Source: Klebsormidium nitens
Lineage: Eukaryota; Plantae; Klebsormidiophyceae
Direction: 5' to 3'
Length of the DNA: 64,000 nucleotides
Assembly: GCA_000708835.1 (NCBI GenBank)
Contig: DF237268.1
Span: 1 to 64,000, forward strand
Shown: piece after piece, positions 36,956 to 48,915 of the stretch
How positions within the stretch are numbered: position 1 is the stretch's first letter
Layout: every line of letters begins with the position of its first letter
Notes under the pieces: generated by a model
Seen by the model: the letters and a program-made list of their open reading frames with translations, nothing else
What the model was told of the DNA's origin: nothing
Databases searched by the model: none
Position numbers and translations under genes: made by a program

Positions 36956-39900
36956 ATGGGTTCCTCCAGCGTGGACTGGAAGCGCCTCAATTCCCCCTTT
37001 CCCCCTCCCCCCCGCTCACTTCCCGCCTTCTCCCCTTCCCTTCACTTCAACGAGCAGGATGTAGGGGACATTGAGCTGCCCATTGGCCAGCACTTCGTGC
37101 TTAATTGGGAGACTGCGTGTGGGGGTCGTCTGAGTGTGCGCCATGAAGATGACCCCACCAAGCTGCAGTGGGCCACCCCCCCTGGCCGTGGCTTTGTCGT
37201 TGCGGCGCAAGGTGAGCACCGGGCCGAAGTGGGCCCCCTGCAGTCAGCCTGCAGGCAGCAGGGGGGCAGTGATGTGACAGCAGCCTTGGGGCAGGAGAAG
37301 CCTTGCCGGCGCTCCCAATCTTGTGCTGTCGCTTCGTACCCCGCAATTGAGTGTCCTTTGACAACCCCTCCCCCCGCCTTTCAATCCGCGCAGGCGAAGC
37401 CCTGGTTGAAGAGTCCCGCGGCTCATTCGCCATCCACGACACTGCCGCGCTGCTCCTCCCACATCAGGTGGTCACCCATGTGCGCCGCACACCGGACGGG
37501 GGGGCGGAGGTTCACGGCGTGCTGTGCAGTGACTGGGCCGCTGCGCACGCGATCGTGGCGGGCCAGCGCAGCGGGGTGGGCGGGGGGCGCGGCTGTCCTC
37601 GGTGGCGCTGCTGGGCCGGCAGGGCCTGGTGGCGGCCCCCCCGCCAACTGGTGGTACGCTACGCAGCTGCTCTGGTCTGCATGGAGCACGCAGGGGCATA
37701 AAGCTTGGGTTTTGTCGCGACAGCTCGTGCGTGCCTCTGTGAGATGTGTATTGAGTAGTCAATGGTCCCCCTCCCCCAGCTCTTCAGCTCCGAGAAGTAG
37801 GAGTAGGTGCGGGCCCTGACTGTGTCTTTGTGGTGTGCAGGCCCCCTACTGGCTCACATTCCAAGAGACCGGCACTCACCGTCTTACCTTCCACCTGCGT
37901 GTGGCCCCTCCCTCGCTGCTGCCCCCTGGTCCTTCGGCTTTCCCCCATATAGCCACTCTGCCACATTGCTCCTCCGATGGCCGTGCCCCGCTCTCACCTG
38001 GCCCCCCTGCGTGGGCCCCGTTCGCTTGGCTCAGGAGTTACTGGCAGAGCTCTGCCTCCGTGCGCCCATCGGACCCCCTAGAGCCCCTTCTCAGCAATTC
38101 TCCCCCCACCCCCCAGCATCCCCCCCTGAATCGGGTTGGCCTCATTTACAGTAGTAATGCCGCGGAGCGCTTCTTTGGGTTTGGAGAGCAGTTTTCGTTC
38201 TTTGACTGCAAGGGGCGGCGCGTGAGCGTGCTGGTCCAGGAGCAGGGCCTCGGCCGCGGGGACCAGCCCATCACAGCGGCCGCCAACTTTGCGTCGCACC
38301 GCAGCGGGGGGACCCCCGACTCCACGTACGCGCCCGTGCCGTTCTACCTGACCAGCCAGATGCGCTGCCTGTTCCTGGACAATTACGAGCCCGCGCTGTT
38401 CGACCTAACTGCCCCCGACCGGGTGGCCGTGCACGTGCACGCAGCAGACATGCGCGGCAGCGTCCTCGTGGGGGCCTCCCCGCCGCAGCTCATCGAGCGC
38501 TACACCGCCGTAGTGGGGCGCATGCGGCGCCTGCCTGATTGGGTCCACGCGGGGGCCATTGTGGGCATGCAGGTGATGTGCATCCCTTTTTCGTTCCCCT
38601 TATCTTTCACTGTGAGATTCTGAGGTAGTGGCGGTACTCAACACACTGAGCTTGGTCATAGCCAATGATCACATTTATGACAGTGGTCGACAGTGTTTGC
38701 TTCAGTGAGTCTTCCGACATATGCACCAATGTGGGGATGATTTACGGCTGCCGTATCGTTTGATTCTTCTTTGGCCTGTTTGCCTGTGGCCCCTTCAGGG
38801 TGCTCATTGTCTGTGGCTCCCCCGCTGAGGCAGGCCATGTTTGTCCTTGCTTGCAGGGCGGCACTGAGCGCGTCCTGGGCGTGCTGCGCAGCCTGGCCGA
38901 GCTGGGGGTCCCGGTGGCCGCCGTCTGGCTGCAGGACTGGTGCGGCCAACGCAAGACCAGCTTCGGTACGCAGCCCCTCCATACGGCCCCTCAGCACCTG
39001 CCTCATCGTCAACCCATCATTGCTGGCAGTCTTTTTTGCCTTTCGTGCTGAGAAGCCCACATGTGCACTCTCGATCTTGTGTTTAGTCCCTTGCGTCGGC
39101 ACCGTCCGCCTGGCGGCCGTGCTGCTGCTGACGCGTGCTGTGCGGCGTGGCAGGCAAGCAGCTGTGGTGGAACTGGGAGCTGGACACGGACCACTACGCC
39201 GGCTGGCAGGAGCAGCTGCGCCCGTATGTCGAGGAGCACAACATCCGCATCATGACCTACGTCAACCCGTACCTCGCAGACGTAAGCAACAACAACAAGC
39301 TGTTTCGGAGTATCTTATGGCTCGCTGCCAGCTGCGACTTGGTGGGTTACACAAGCCAGCTGAGCGTTGGGTCGGACAACATGGTGATGAACTGTCTGTC
39401 TGTTGCTCGTTTAGTCTGGCCGCTGGAAGGTTTCCGACTTGCGTGCTGATGCCGCTCTGTCAGCGGTGTCCCGCAGGTGTCTGCGAAGGCCAACGCGCGG
39501 CGGTCGCTGCTGGCGGAGGCGCTGTCTGCGGGGTACCTGGTGACGACGCGCGCGGGGGGGCCGTACTTCATCGAGAACACCAGCTTCCACGCCGCCATGG
39601 TGGACCTCACCAACCCGGCCGCCGCGGCCTGGCTCAAGGACGTCATCAAAACCATGCTGCACACCTGCGGCGCAGCAGGGTGCGCCGCCTGCCTCCAATA
39701 GTTGTTGTGGAGAGCTTTTGTCCATGCCAGATCAAGTTGCCAGAGTGCAGGAAGGTTCCTGATGCTGCTTGCCTATGATTATGGGAAGGGTTGATTCCTC
39801 TGGCCAATTCGCTTAAAGTAACACCCTGTAACCCTCTTCACTCGGTTGCACCTCTGGTCGCACAGCTCGAAACTGGTCCGTTTTGTCTGACCGCTGGCCG

Positions 39901-42454
39901 CTTCGTCGCAGGTACATGGCAGACTTCGGCGAGGCCCTCCCATTTGACGCTTGCCTTCACAGCGGTAAGCACGGACGTTCATTTCTGCCGTGGCCTCGAG
40001 CCGCTCTCTCTCTTCTTACTGCCATCTGCAAGCTGTTTCGTCGTTCCTTGTTGGCAGTCGCGAGTCCCTCTTCTCGACGCCTTCTGATCCGGCTCGTCCT
40101 CTGCCTGTGCTCAGGCGAGTCCCCCGACAGTGCCCACAACCTGTACCCCGAGCTGTGGGCGCGCCTCAACGCGGAGGTCTTCGAGGAGTACGCCGCAGAG
40201 CGTCAGGAGGGCCGCTGCGGGGCGCACGCCCCTCTCCGCCTGCCAGCCCAGCCTCCGCAAGAACCGGCAGGCGCAGGGGGCGCGGCGCTCCTCGAGGAGC
40301 GGGTGTTGCAGGCCGTTGCCGACGAGCTGGCCGCGGCTGGCGGCTCGGCTGGCGAGGCCGCCCTGGAGGCGGTGCCCGAAGGGGACGTGCCCCTGGCCGA
40401 CTGTCTGGACCAGGCCCTGCCGGCCGCGCGCTCCGCACACAACCTGGAGGCCCTCGTGCTGCCCGACCCTGAAGCGGGAGAAGCGGAGGCAGGGAAGAGG
40501 TCGCCTGCGGGCGGAGATCAGGAGTTGCCTCAGGACAGCTGCGCAGTGGCAGCGGACAAGGGCCGCATCGAAACAGATGCGTGCGGACATGGCGGGGAGG
40601 AGGGCAGCGCGAAGCGTCTCGAGGCGGGGGCGGAAGAAGACGACGGAGTGTTCTTCATGCGGGCGGGCTTCCGGGGCAGCCCGCGGCTGGCGCGCCTCTT
40701 CTGGCTGGGCGACCAGGTGACGCGCAGACCGAATCCTCCTGCTCACCATCTTCCTCCACGCTGGCGACCCTAGTGGCGGCAACTTGTCAAATTTACAGGC
40801 TCACAGCCCCAAAGTCTGTGCAGAGGAACTCAAGGAAGCTCAGACTCTTGTAGATTGCAGTAGCTCTCACTGTGACCTTGGCAGCTTCTTCGGGTATGTC
40901 TCGGTCTTCCTTGGCACCGGCTGGTGTCGAGCAGGGTTTGCCAGGCAGAGTGTTCCTTCATCCGGGCGTGTGTTGAAACGTTTTCGTGGCACTGTGCCCA
41001 GATGGTGAGCTGGCAGCGTCACGATGGCATCAAGAGCGCAGTTACCGGCCTCCTCACGGGCGGCCTGGCGGGCTATGCATACAACCACTCCGACATTGGC
41101 GGGTAAGGTCCGGTAAAGCAGAACTCAGGGAGGCCGCTGCTTTGGCGGAGTCTGAACAGCACCTAAGGATTCTGCAAGACAGAGGACGCCATATGCATTA
41201 GTGCCACCTTCCTTACGAGCTATCGTCGTCATACGAGCTACCATCGTCAACGACTTTTGAGTTGAACGTCCTTTACGGGCCAGAATGGACTCAAATATAG
41301 CATCAACGTCGGCATTCGTTTGTGGAGGCCGGTAGGAGTTCATTCTCGCGGTCCTGCCGGTCTGAGCGGCGCGGTGCCCGCGGTGGCGCAGGTACACCAC
41401 GGTGGTGCACCCGCTGATCCGGTACCGGCGCAGCGAGGAGCTGCTGCTGCGCTGGATGGAGCTCAACGCCTTCACCACCATCTTCCGCACGCATGAGGTC
41501 AGCACATCAGAAAACGCAACCAGTTGCCGCAACAGCCCCCAGCTGCCAGGTGTGCATTTGTCTCGATGGAATCTCCGCTCGTAAACGTTTTTTGTTGTCC
41601 ACCGTTGCTTTGACGGCGTTCGGCCTGTCTGTCCGCCGCAGGGCAACATCCCGGGCGCCAACGTGCAGTTTTACTCGAGCCCGCGCACGCTGGCCCACTT
41701 CCGGCGGTGCGCGCTGCTGCACCAGGCGTGGGCGTTCTACCGGCGCCAGCTGGTGCGCGAGGCCGCGGACACGGGCCTGCCCGTGGTGCGCCACCTGTTC
41801 GTGCACTACCCCGCCGACCCCAAGGTCCGCCGCTGCCACGAGCCAACTCAATTGGTGACGTATTGCGTGGCTGCATTTGTTGAACAGCATCTGACACGGT
41901 GTTCTGAATCGACCGCCCTGCTACTACGAGGTCGCAGGATTTGCCTGATCCACGCCGCGAAAATGTAGCGGTATATTTAGAGACTTGCTCCGCGGCCGCA
42001 TCCTCTGACACTTTCGCCGTTGTATGCACTCTGCAGTGTGTCAGAACCTGCCCGTCGCCTTCTCCCTAGAACCAAGCGGTCAAATCCAGGCCAGTGGCAG
42101 GCTCTTGCCTGCGGAGCCAGTCTCCAGCACCTCGTATTTTAATCTAAGCCGCTTGCCTTCGTGCACTTTGCGCAGGTGTGGCGGCTGACGTACGAGCAGT
42201 TCCTGGTGGGCACGGAGCTGCTGGTGGTGCCCGTGCTGGACCGCGCCGTTGCCGGCGTGGCCGTCTACCTCCCGGCCAGCGACGCGGGGGAGCGCTGGCG
42301 CCACGTCTGGACCGGCAGAGAATGGGCCGTGCCGCCTGCGGGTACGGCGTTCCGGGTGGAGGCGGCGCTGGGCTACCCCGCCGTTTTTGTGAAGGCTGAG
42401 TCGAGCGTGGGGAGAGAGTTCGAGGAGAACTTGAGGGCGATGCACCTGGTGTAG
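36956..42454 (+). CDS. Glycoside hydrolase family 31, YihQ/sulfoquinovosidase-like, multi-exon
   Basis: FGFGEQFS, GMQ/GGTE, WLQDWCGQRKTSFG/KQLWWNW, YVNPYL, DLTNP, YMADFGE (nucleophile Asp 39922-39924), FFMRAG, WLGDQ (acid/base Asp 40711-40713), HSDIGG/YTT, RSEELLLRW and RTHE/GN are colinear with recalled E. coli YihQ. Confidence 0.93.
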
Positions 42455-43526
42455 CTGGATATCATGTGCATATGCACACGGGGAGGAGCGTTGGGGCCGA
42501 AAGTGAGGAGAGGAACAAAAGCAGCTGAGGAGGGAGCTTCTTGTCAGAAACTTTACTTAAACCAGAGTTGTGCCAAGAGCTGGAGGAGGTTGCTAGCCAT
42601 AGCCATTAAAGGATTTGTATAGCTAGTCAGAGCTTTTACGGGATTCCGCCCCGACTACCAGGTGAATTGCATTCAACATAGCTCGATTGATTTTAAGGAG
42701 GACGGTTCGTTAAACGATTGTCCTATGGTTTAAGCAGCTTCGAGCGGATGTAGACTTGTACTCAATCGAGATTGAAACTTAGTTGGGTTTAGAGCAAGAG
42801 CATAGAGTGTTGAAAGAGGATAGAAAAATAGAAGCTGTAAGCTAGTTTTTAGGGATTGTAACGTAGTTAGCTGCTTTAGCTTCCAAAATCTGTACATTGA
42901 GTTAGGCAATTAGGGCCACGTTCGAGCACCACTGCACCGATTTCGGTGTGCCAGTACCATATACGTTAGTGCAATTAAATAATCACCTTGCTAGGTTGTA
43001 CGGTAAGACTGTTTAATCAACAATTGTGGTTTGCGAACATCTTCACTTACGATTGGGTTATGCTGCTCGCGAGACGAAGGTCACGCGCATGCCAGATCCG
43101 ATCATTCAGGATGATTGTCCCGAGCTACGTACTCCCCAATCATGGTCGATTCGATTGCACATGAGTGGTCACATGAACATATATGCCGCGGCGGCCGGGC
43201 TGCATCATGCATGCGCATGCCGTCGTGCAAATGCTCATGGTGCATCGATGTGCACGTACGTGCATGCATTGCGCTAGCTGGCCCAAATGCAAATTAGATC
43301 AAGCTCTGGGTTACGGGATCCGCGGCACTTATATATATGAGATGCATGCGGCGCTTCCGGGCGCATGGCGGTGATGGTCACTTATACTGTTATAAACCCT
43401 GAGCCACGCTGAGCCATCGGCCAACACTCCGGTGAGACTGGGATATACAATGAGTCGACCGTCGTACTCGAGTACTCGTCGAATACTCGAGTACGATCTG
43501 CAGCCTGCTACGGCTGCAAGTCATGT

Positions 43527-43600
43527 CGATGGTCTCTTTTCGTACTCGCCGTAGCCAAATAGGCCGTAGGCTTCTCATGGCATACATGTATGAATTGTGT
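43527..43600 (-). repeat. Copy of the dispersed ~60-bp repeat also found at 14532 and 14903
   Basis: CGATGGTCTCTTTTCGTACTCGCCGTAGCCAAATAGGCCGTAGGCTTCTCATGGCATACATGTA is near-identical to 14905-14972. Confidence 0.88.
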
Positions 43601-43889
43601 TTGACTTGGACTTAGCTCGGCTCTACCAAAAAGTTCTATATATCCCAAACCGAGGCTGTCGATCGATGTTCGTCATTATTCACTACGGAGAATTCTGGCA
43701 AGCATGCAACCATGACTACAACCTACACATCCGACATGCATATAAGGGCCAATTGTTCGTATCAATGACTCGCGGTATGCTATATGCAAATTAACGGCTA
43801 TGGCGAAATGGCGTTATGGCTAATGAGATCATATGGTCCGACTGTCTGCGCTAGACTCACCAGTGGCCTAGCTGGCATTACTGCGGCCC

Positions 43890-44060
43890 CCCGGCCCCGA
43901 TCTTGGTTCTTGCCCTTGACGAGGCGGTCGTAGATGAATTTGGCGAGGCCTCTTGCATGTTGTCCGTGCCACATAGTACGACGGGGCGCGTTGTCGATCG
44001 TGGGCCGGCGCGGCAGTGCCTCCGCCGCAGCCGCCGCAATGGCTCGAGTGTCACTGCCTG
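43890..44060 (-). pseudogene. Frameshifted paralogue of the 15021-15293 ORF
   Basis: Nucleotide and peptide similarity, with compensating frameshifts around DNMQE. Confidence 0.55.
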
Positions 44061-44880
44061 TGATGGGTGTTGGTGCGCACATGTGCGGCCGCGCTCGCCG
44101 GCGCCGCATCCTCCTTGGGCTTGCACTTAACTCAATGAGCAGTCCCTGGGCTAGCACAGCCGCCGTGAGGCCCTGGTACTGAGATCGGCCCAGGTCGCAT
44201 TTGTACATGTCCGCCACCGAGCCGAAGCACATCGCCCACATATATGTGCGTTTTAGGTACCCGCATTTGGTGAACGGGCACCAGGTTTGGACCACATCCA
44301 TGATGTGAAACCCGCAGCGAGAAGTGATCTAGCCATGGTCTAGCCATCCGGACGATTGTGAGCATATGCTGAACAAAGTTTACATTAGAAATTGCAATTG
44401 GATTTATCATGTCATGATGTGCGATACTCTCATGTAAGCTTGAATGCATGCTGGCGCCCATGCATGAGAACTTTGCCATGGCAGCCGTGCAGGTTGGCCA
44501 GTACAATATACCGTCTGCTCAGTGATGATTGCAGCTGAGCTAGCCGGATTGGAATCTGACGCCCGAATCATGCGCGAACGTCGAACATGTGCGCACCACA
44601 AGAATAGCACCGTCCCCATTGCAGATCCCTCGGGATCTGCGGCGCCAGCGTGACAAGCTTTCCTAGGCCTGCATTTGTTTCAATGAATGACGCCTGACCG
44701 ACTCAGGAATGACATTTTTCCCGTCTGATCGATACGTTCTGATTCCTGCTACACAGAGCCTTGCATTACTCTTGACTCCAAACAGTCCACCTTATGCTAG
44801 CGCTTGATTCATGCAAAAGTTCGTCACTGGATTGAAGCTCGAGTTGCATGAGGAGGGTCCGATTGAGTCGATGAACCTCC

Positions 44881-47515
44881 TTAGAGGATCTTTTCAAGGC
44901 CGTACACCATCGACTGCAGTCAAATGACAGGGATTACACCGTAAGCTTCGAGGAACGGTCATGCTGGAGACAAAAAGCAGTCACGGCAATGCCTAGAATT
45001 TCACACTGGGTCCTCAGTGTGGAAAGGTCTACGTCAGGCACGTTGCATTGAGGGAAGCTGACACGAGAAGTTTCCCCCGCTCTTGGCGCTCACCCGCAGG
45101 CGGGCAACTTTGCGGATGGCGAGCAGCAGGCCGGCCATGTACCCGCGCGCGCTGTGCACCGTGTGCCGCACCTCCAGGCTCTGCAGCGGCAGCCGCAAGG
45201 TGAGGGGAAAGGCAACGGAGCCCGCCACAGCGACATGCTCGGGAAGGTTCAGACTCGAGCAGCTGCGCAGAGCAAGCTTCTGGACGGCCGAAAGGAGCGA
45301 AGGCCAATGCCTCCCGTGAATGCCCGTTCATAAGAGAATCGCCGTAACTGGCTAGCCACATATGACATCGTGTGGAGATGTTTGCAACAGCACCAGATCA
45401 AAGCAGGGCTTGCACGGCGAGTGTTCCACAGATGCGCCTCTGGCTCAGCCCCTTTGACCACGGCGTCAACCAGACCGCACAGCTCGCACACCCATCCAGC
45501 GTAGATGCATCAGGCTGACGCGGCATCCAACAAGTTGCCGAGGGCTTGCAGATCCTCACCTCTCCCGCTCCCTCAAAGCGCAAGTGTTGGCTGTAGCGCA
45601 TGTCAGCGCCGCCCGTGCTGCGGCTAGCAATGACGAGGCCCTCCCCTGCGTCTGTTCGCTGCAGCAGGCCGTCGTCAGGCCCGAGCGGCGCATCCTCGGC
45701 GGCTGTGTTGAACTCCCGGCCCAGCCCCTTGAGAGCCTCCGCAGTACGAAGCACGCTGGCAGATGGCACCTCCTGAAGAAAGCAAACACTTCAGTCGGGG
45801 AATTAAACGGGCCAGCCTGGCGGCATTGCACAACAACCCCCTTTCGGATGAAGGCATGCGTGGCTCAGGTATTGAGGGTTTGAGCGGCAGCGGTACCTGC
45901 TGCGCTGGGTCCAGGCGCTCCTCCAGGTCGACCTCCCCGTAGTAGAAGCCGGCATTCACGGCAGCCTGCTGCAGCAACACCTCGCCAATGGAGAAGCTGG
46001 GCGCGGCCACGCAGCCCTGCACGACAACAGGGAGAGGGGCGGCCGTGTAATGGGAGAATGGCATGGGGACCATCCTCAGAATCAGATGTGGTCAGAAGCA
46101 CAGACCATGGAACATAGACTTTGAAGGGCATGACTGTTTATGAAAAGAAGTGATGGCAAGGTGCCTCAATCCAGCAAATAGTAGAAGCAGTGAAGCATCC
46201 AGTGCAGCGTTCTCACCATGCTAGACTTTTCACAGAAGTCAATGAGAGTGGACAGCTGCTTGGGTGTGAGGTCCTGGGCTCCAACCACACTGCGGAGCCC
46301 AAAGGCGGTCGCCTGCACAGCACAGCAGGAGGGGGGCAAGCAGCGTTAGGAAGCGGGAGTGCATTCAGACGAGGTGTGGATGCAGGAGAGCGATGATCAG
46401 GGGCTGATGGCAAGATGTGGGTTTGCATGCTCGTGGGCAGGCGCAAGGGAAGCCAACTACACAAAACAGCGCAGGTTGAAGGGGCTTGGACCGACCTGGC
46501 GGACAGTTTCGTAAGCGGTGCCGCCGCCCCCAATGTCTACCACCACCCCCAGGTCGTCGCGCGCCTGCTCTGCGTACAAGACAAGAACCCACAGCTGGGG
46601 GTGTCAGGCTGCCGGATGCCAGCCAGGCAATCACAGCCACAGGCACAACAAGGAAGGACGCCCAAGGCAGCGTGCGCTGCCAGGCAATACGTGCAAGGGT
46701 CCTGCGCTGGTGGGGCGGCCCCCACCTGGGAGATGGAGCTGAGCACCATGATGATGTCGTTCAGGACAGGCAGCTCCAGCGGCTCCAGCCCCGCCACCTG
46801 GCACGCCAAGAAACAGTGGCCCCCATCAGAGAAAGACACACCATCGTAATTCTCCTGCAAGTGCATGTGCGCCGAATGCTGAACAGACATCTGCTTGCTG
46901 GAGCCCAGGCCGCAATGGGCATTTGAAATGAGGGGTGGGATGCTCACCTCCCCAATGTCCTGCCCTGCGCAACTAGGATCCACCGCGCCGGCCACCTCCA
47001 TGCCGCGTGCCTTGTTCACAGCCCGCACCACCTCACGCCCAATCTCGGACCCCACACCGACCACAACCACCTGACAAGAGCAGGTCGTGAGACTTCGGAA
47101 TGTGCAGCGGCATCTAGCATGCAGATTCAAGAGTCCCAAAAGGAAGGGTCAGCTCCAATACGTCTCCCAGCCCGCTTCAGGAACATACCTTGATGTTGTT
47201 TCTGCTGGTGGCGCCCGCCCCTGCTCTGCACACAATGGTGCCCCGCTGGCGGACCTGATCTCGCGAATGCAGCACCACCGTCGAGGGGCCTTTTTGCCCC
47301 ACCTCTCCCCGCCCTTGTGCACCACCGGTCAGGCACCGCACCGTACTCGTGCAGCACACGGTGGGGGCTGGCTGCCACGGCGGGCCTGCGCGGAGGACAC
47401 TGCGGGCTGGTCGGCATGGCGCGCACCCAGCTTGCCCATGATGCTGGTGCCGCAGCACCCCGTGAATGAGGAAGTGCTCCCGGGACAAAGCCGGGCAACA
47501 CGTTCGGGAACCCAT
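44881..47515 (-). CDS. CRR1: Dihydrodipicolinate-reductase-like NDH assembly factor CRR1, multi-exon
   Basis: Transit peptide; VVVVGVGSEIGREVVRAVNKARGMEVAGAVD; LELPVLNDIIMVLSSISQ; GCVAAPSFSIGEVLLQQAA; EVPSASVLRTAEALKGLGREFN; YMAGLLLAIRKVARLR/SMVYGLEKIL-stop. The DapB HH..K catalytic motif is absent, as in plant CRR1. Confidence 0.87.
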
Positions 47516-48915
47516 GCCAATGCGATCGGAGGCTACTATCTGGCACCTGCTACCGCAGCTACGCAAAAGCCTGCATGCGTGAGCGAATGCTGCATTATAA
47601 TTTACGCTGCATGTTCCACATGCTTTTGCGCAACACTGACATCAAGTTGAATGACGGTGGCAGTTGTCAAGACTCAACACTACATATGTACTGACGTACC
47701 GTACATAGAGGCGCGGCCACCGAGCAATTTGCAAATGCCTACCGTAGGGTGACTGACCCTGGGGATTTTGCGCTTCGACATCGGATTCTGATTTTGAAAG
47801 GGACGGGCCAAAATTCTGTCTGGGAGATTCTCCGAGATATGGTCGGGCGTATACCGTCCGATGCTGCGAGTTAAGCCAATTGAGATCGGACGGTCGTCGC
47901 GCGAATCGTAAGTCGTAAGTCGTCGCGAGTCTCGGAAGGACTCGGGAGTCAGGACTCAGGAGTCAGAACACTGAGGACAGGCTCGAGCCTCGGAGGCTGT
48001 GAGGCTGGAGCTCTGCATCTGGCCACTGCTACCGAGTGCCCTTGCACATTGGGCCGTCTCTGGAGCCCACTGTCATGCACTGCATCTTTAGCTAAGGCAC
48101 GTACCGTCCTTGTGACATATTCTTAAAGTTGACCGAAAGATCGATTTTACATTGCTCAGCGCAACTAGTTAGCTGCACTGCATTAAGGCGCATGAGATGC
48201 CAGATGCGAGGTAGGTCATCAATGATCATTTTCCATGAAATTGCCGTACAATATACATTTCGACTGATTCAGTTCAATGCTTGCCCTAAGTTCATGCGCT
48301 TGCAATCACTGGTCTTGCATGCATGTGCACATGTAAAGGCACCAGCAAGTTCAAGCTTTAGGATGCTCGGTACGTACTCCCAATCGCTTTTGGTTGCCCG
48401 GCCTCTTTGCAACTTATTTTGGTAATGCATCCATGCTCATGACTGTGGATTGAACTTTAGAGCCCTCTACTTGACATCAAGCAAGTCCATAAGGTGTTGC
48501 ATTCAAAAAGGACAAAACGTGATAAAAATGGTCTTGAAGTAGAAAGCCAGGTGATTGATATTTGAACCGCAACTCACTGGCTACAACAATCGAAAGTTAA
48601 GCGAGCAATAGACCTTATAGTATTTAAGCAAGTCGTGGTCCCTTTCCTATGTAAACAAGCTTTTGCGTGCAGGTCGTTTCAGACCCTGTTGGAAGTCCGT
48701 GGCAGATGCAGGCGGTCTGTTTCATGCCCCTGGGAATCAGAACAACGTGGACCGAGGACGCAGGCTTTTGGTTGATGACCCGCGAAAAGCGTTTCCTCTC
48801 CCTCCACCTTCAAACAACCAAACCGTTGTGGTGCCGGCTGCCCTTGCAACTTGTTTGGGTTCGATCGCACCAGATCATGCGTTGCTCACTCCAAGCGCAC
48901 CGTGCACTCCTCGCG

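Noticed and set aside
47900-48010. Short 7-15 bp tandem duplications (also near 12710, 26690, 29905, 54035, 55890)
   Set aside because: Two or three short copies each, consistent with common slippage mutations.
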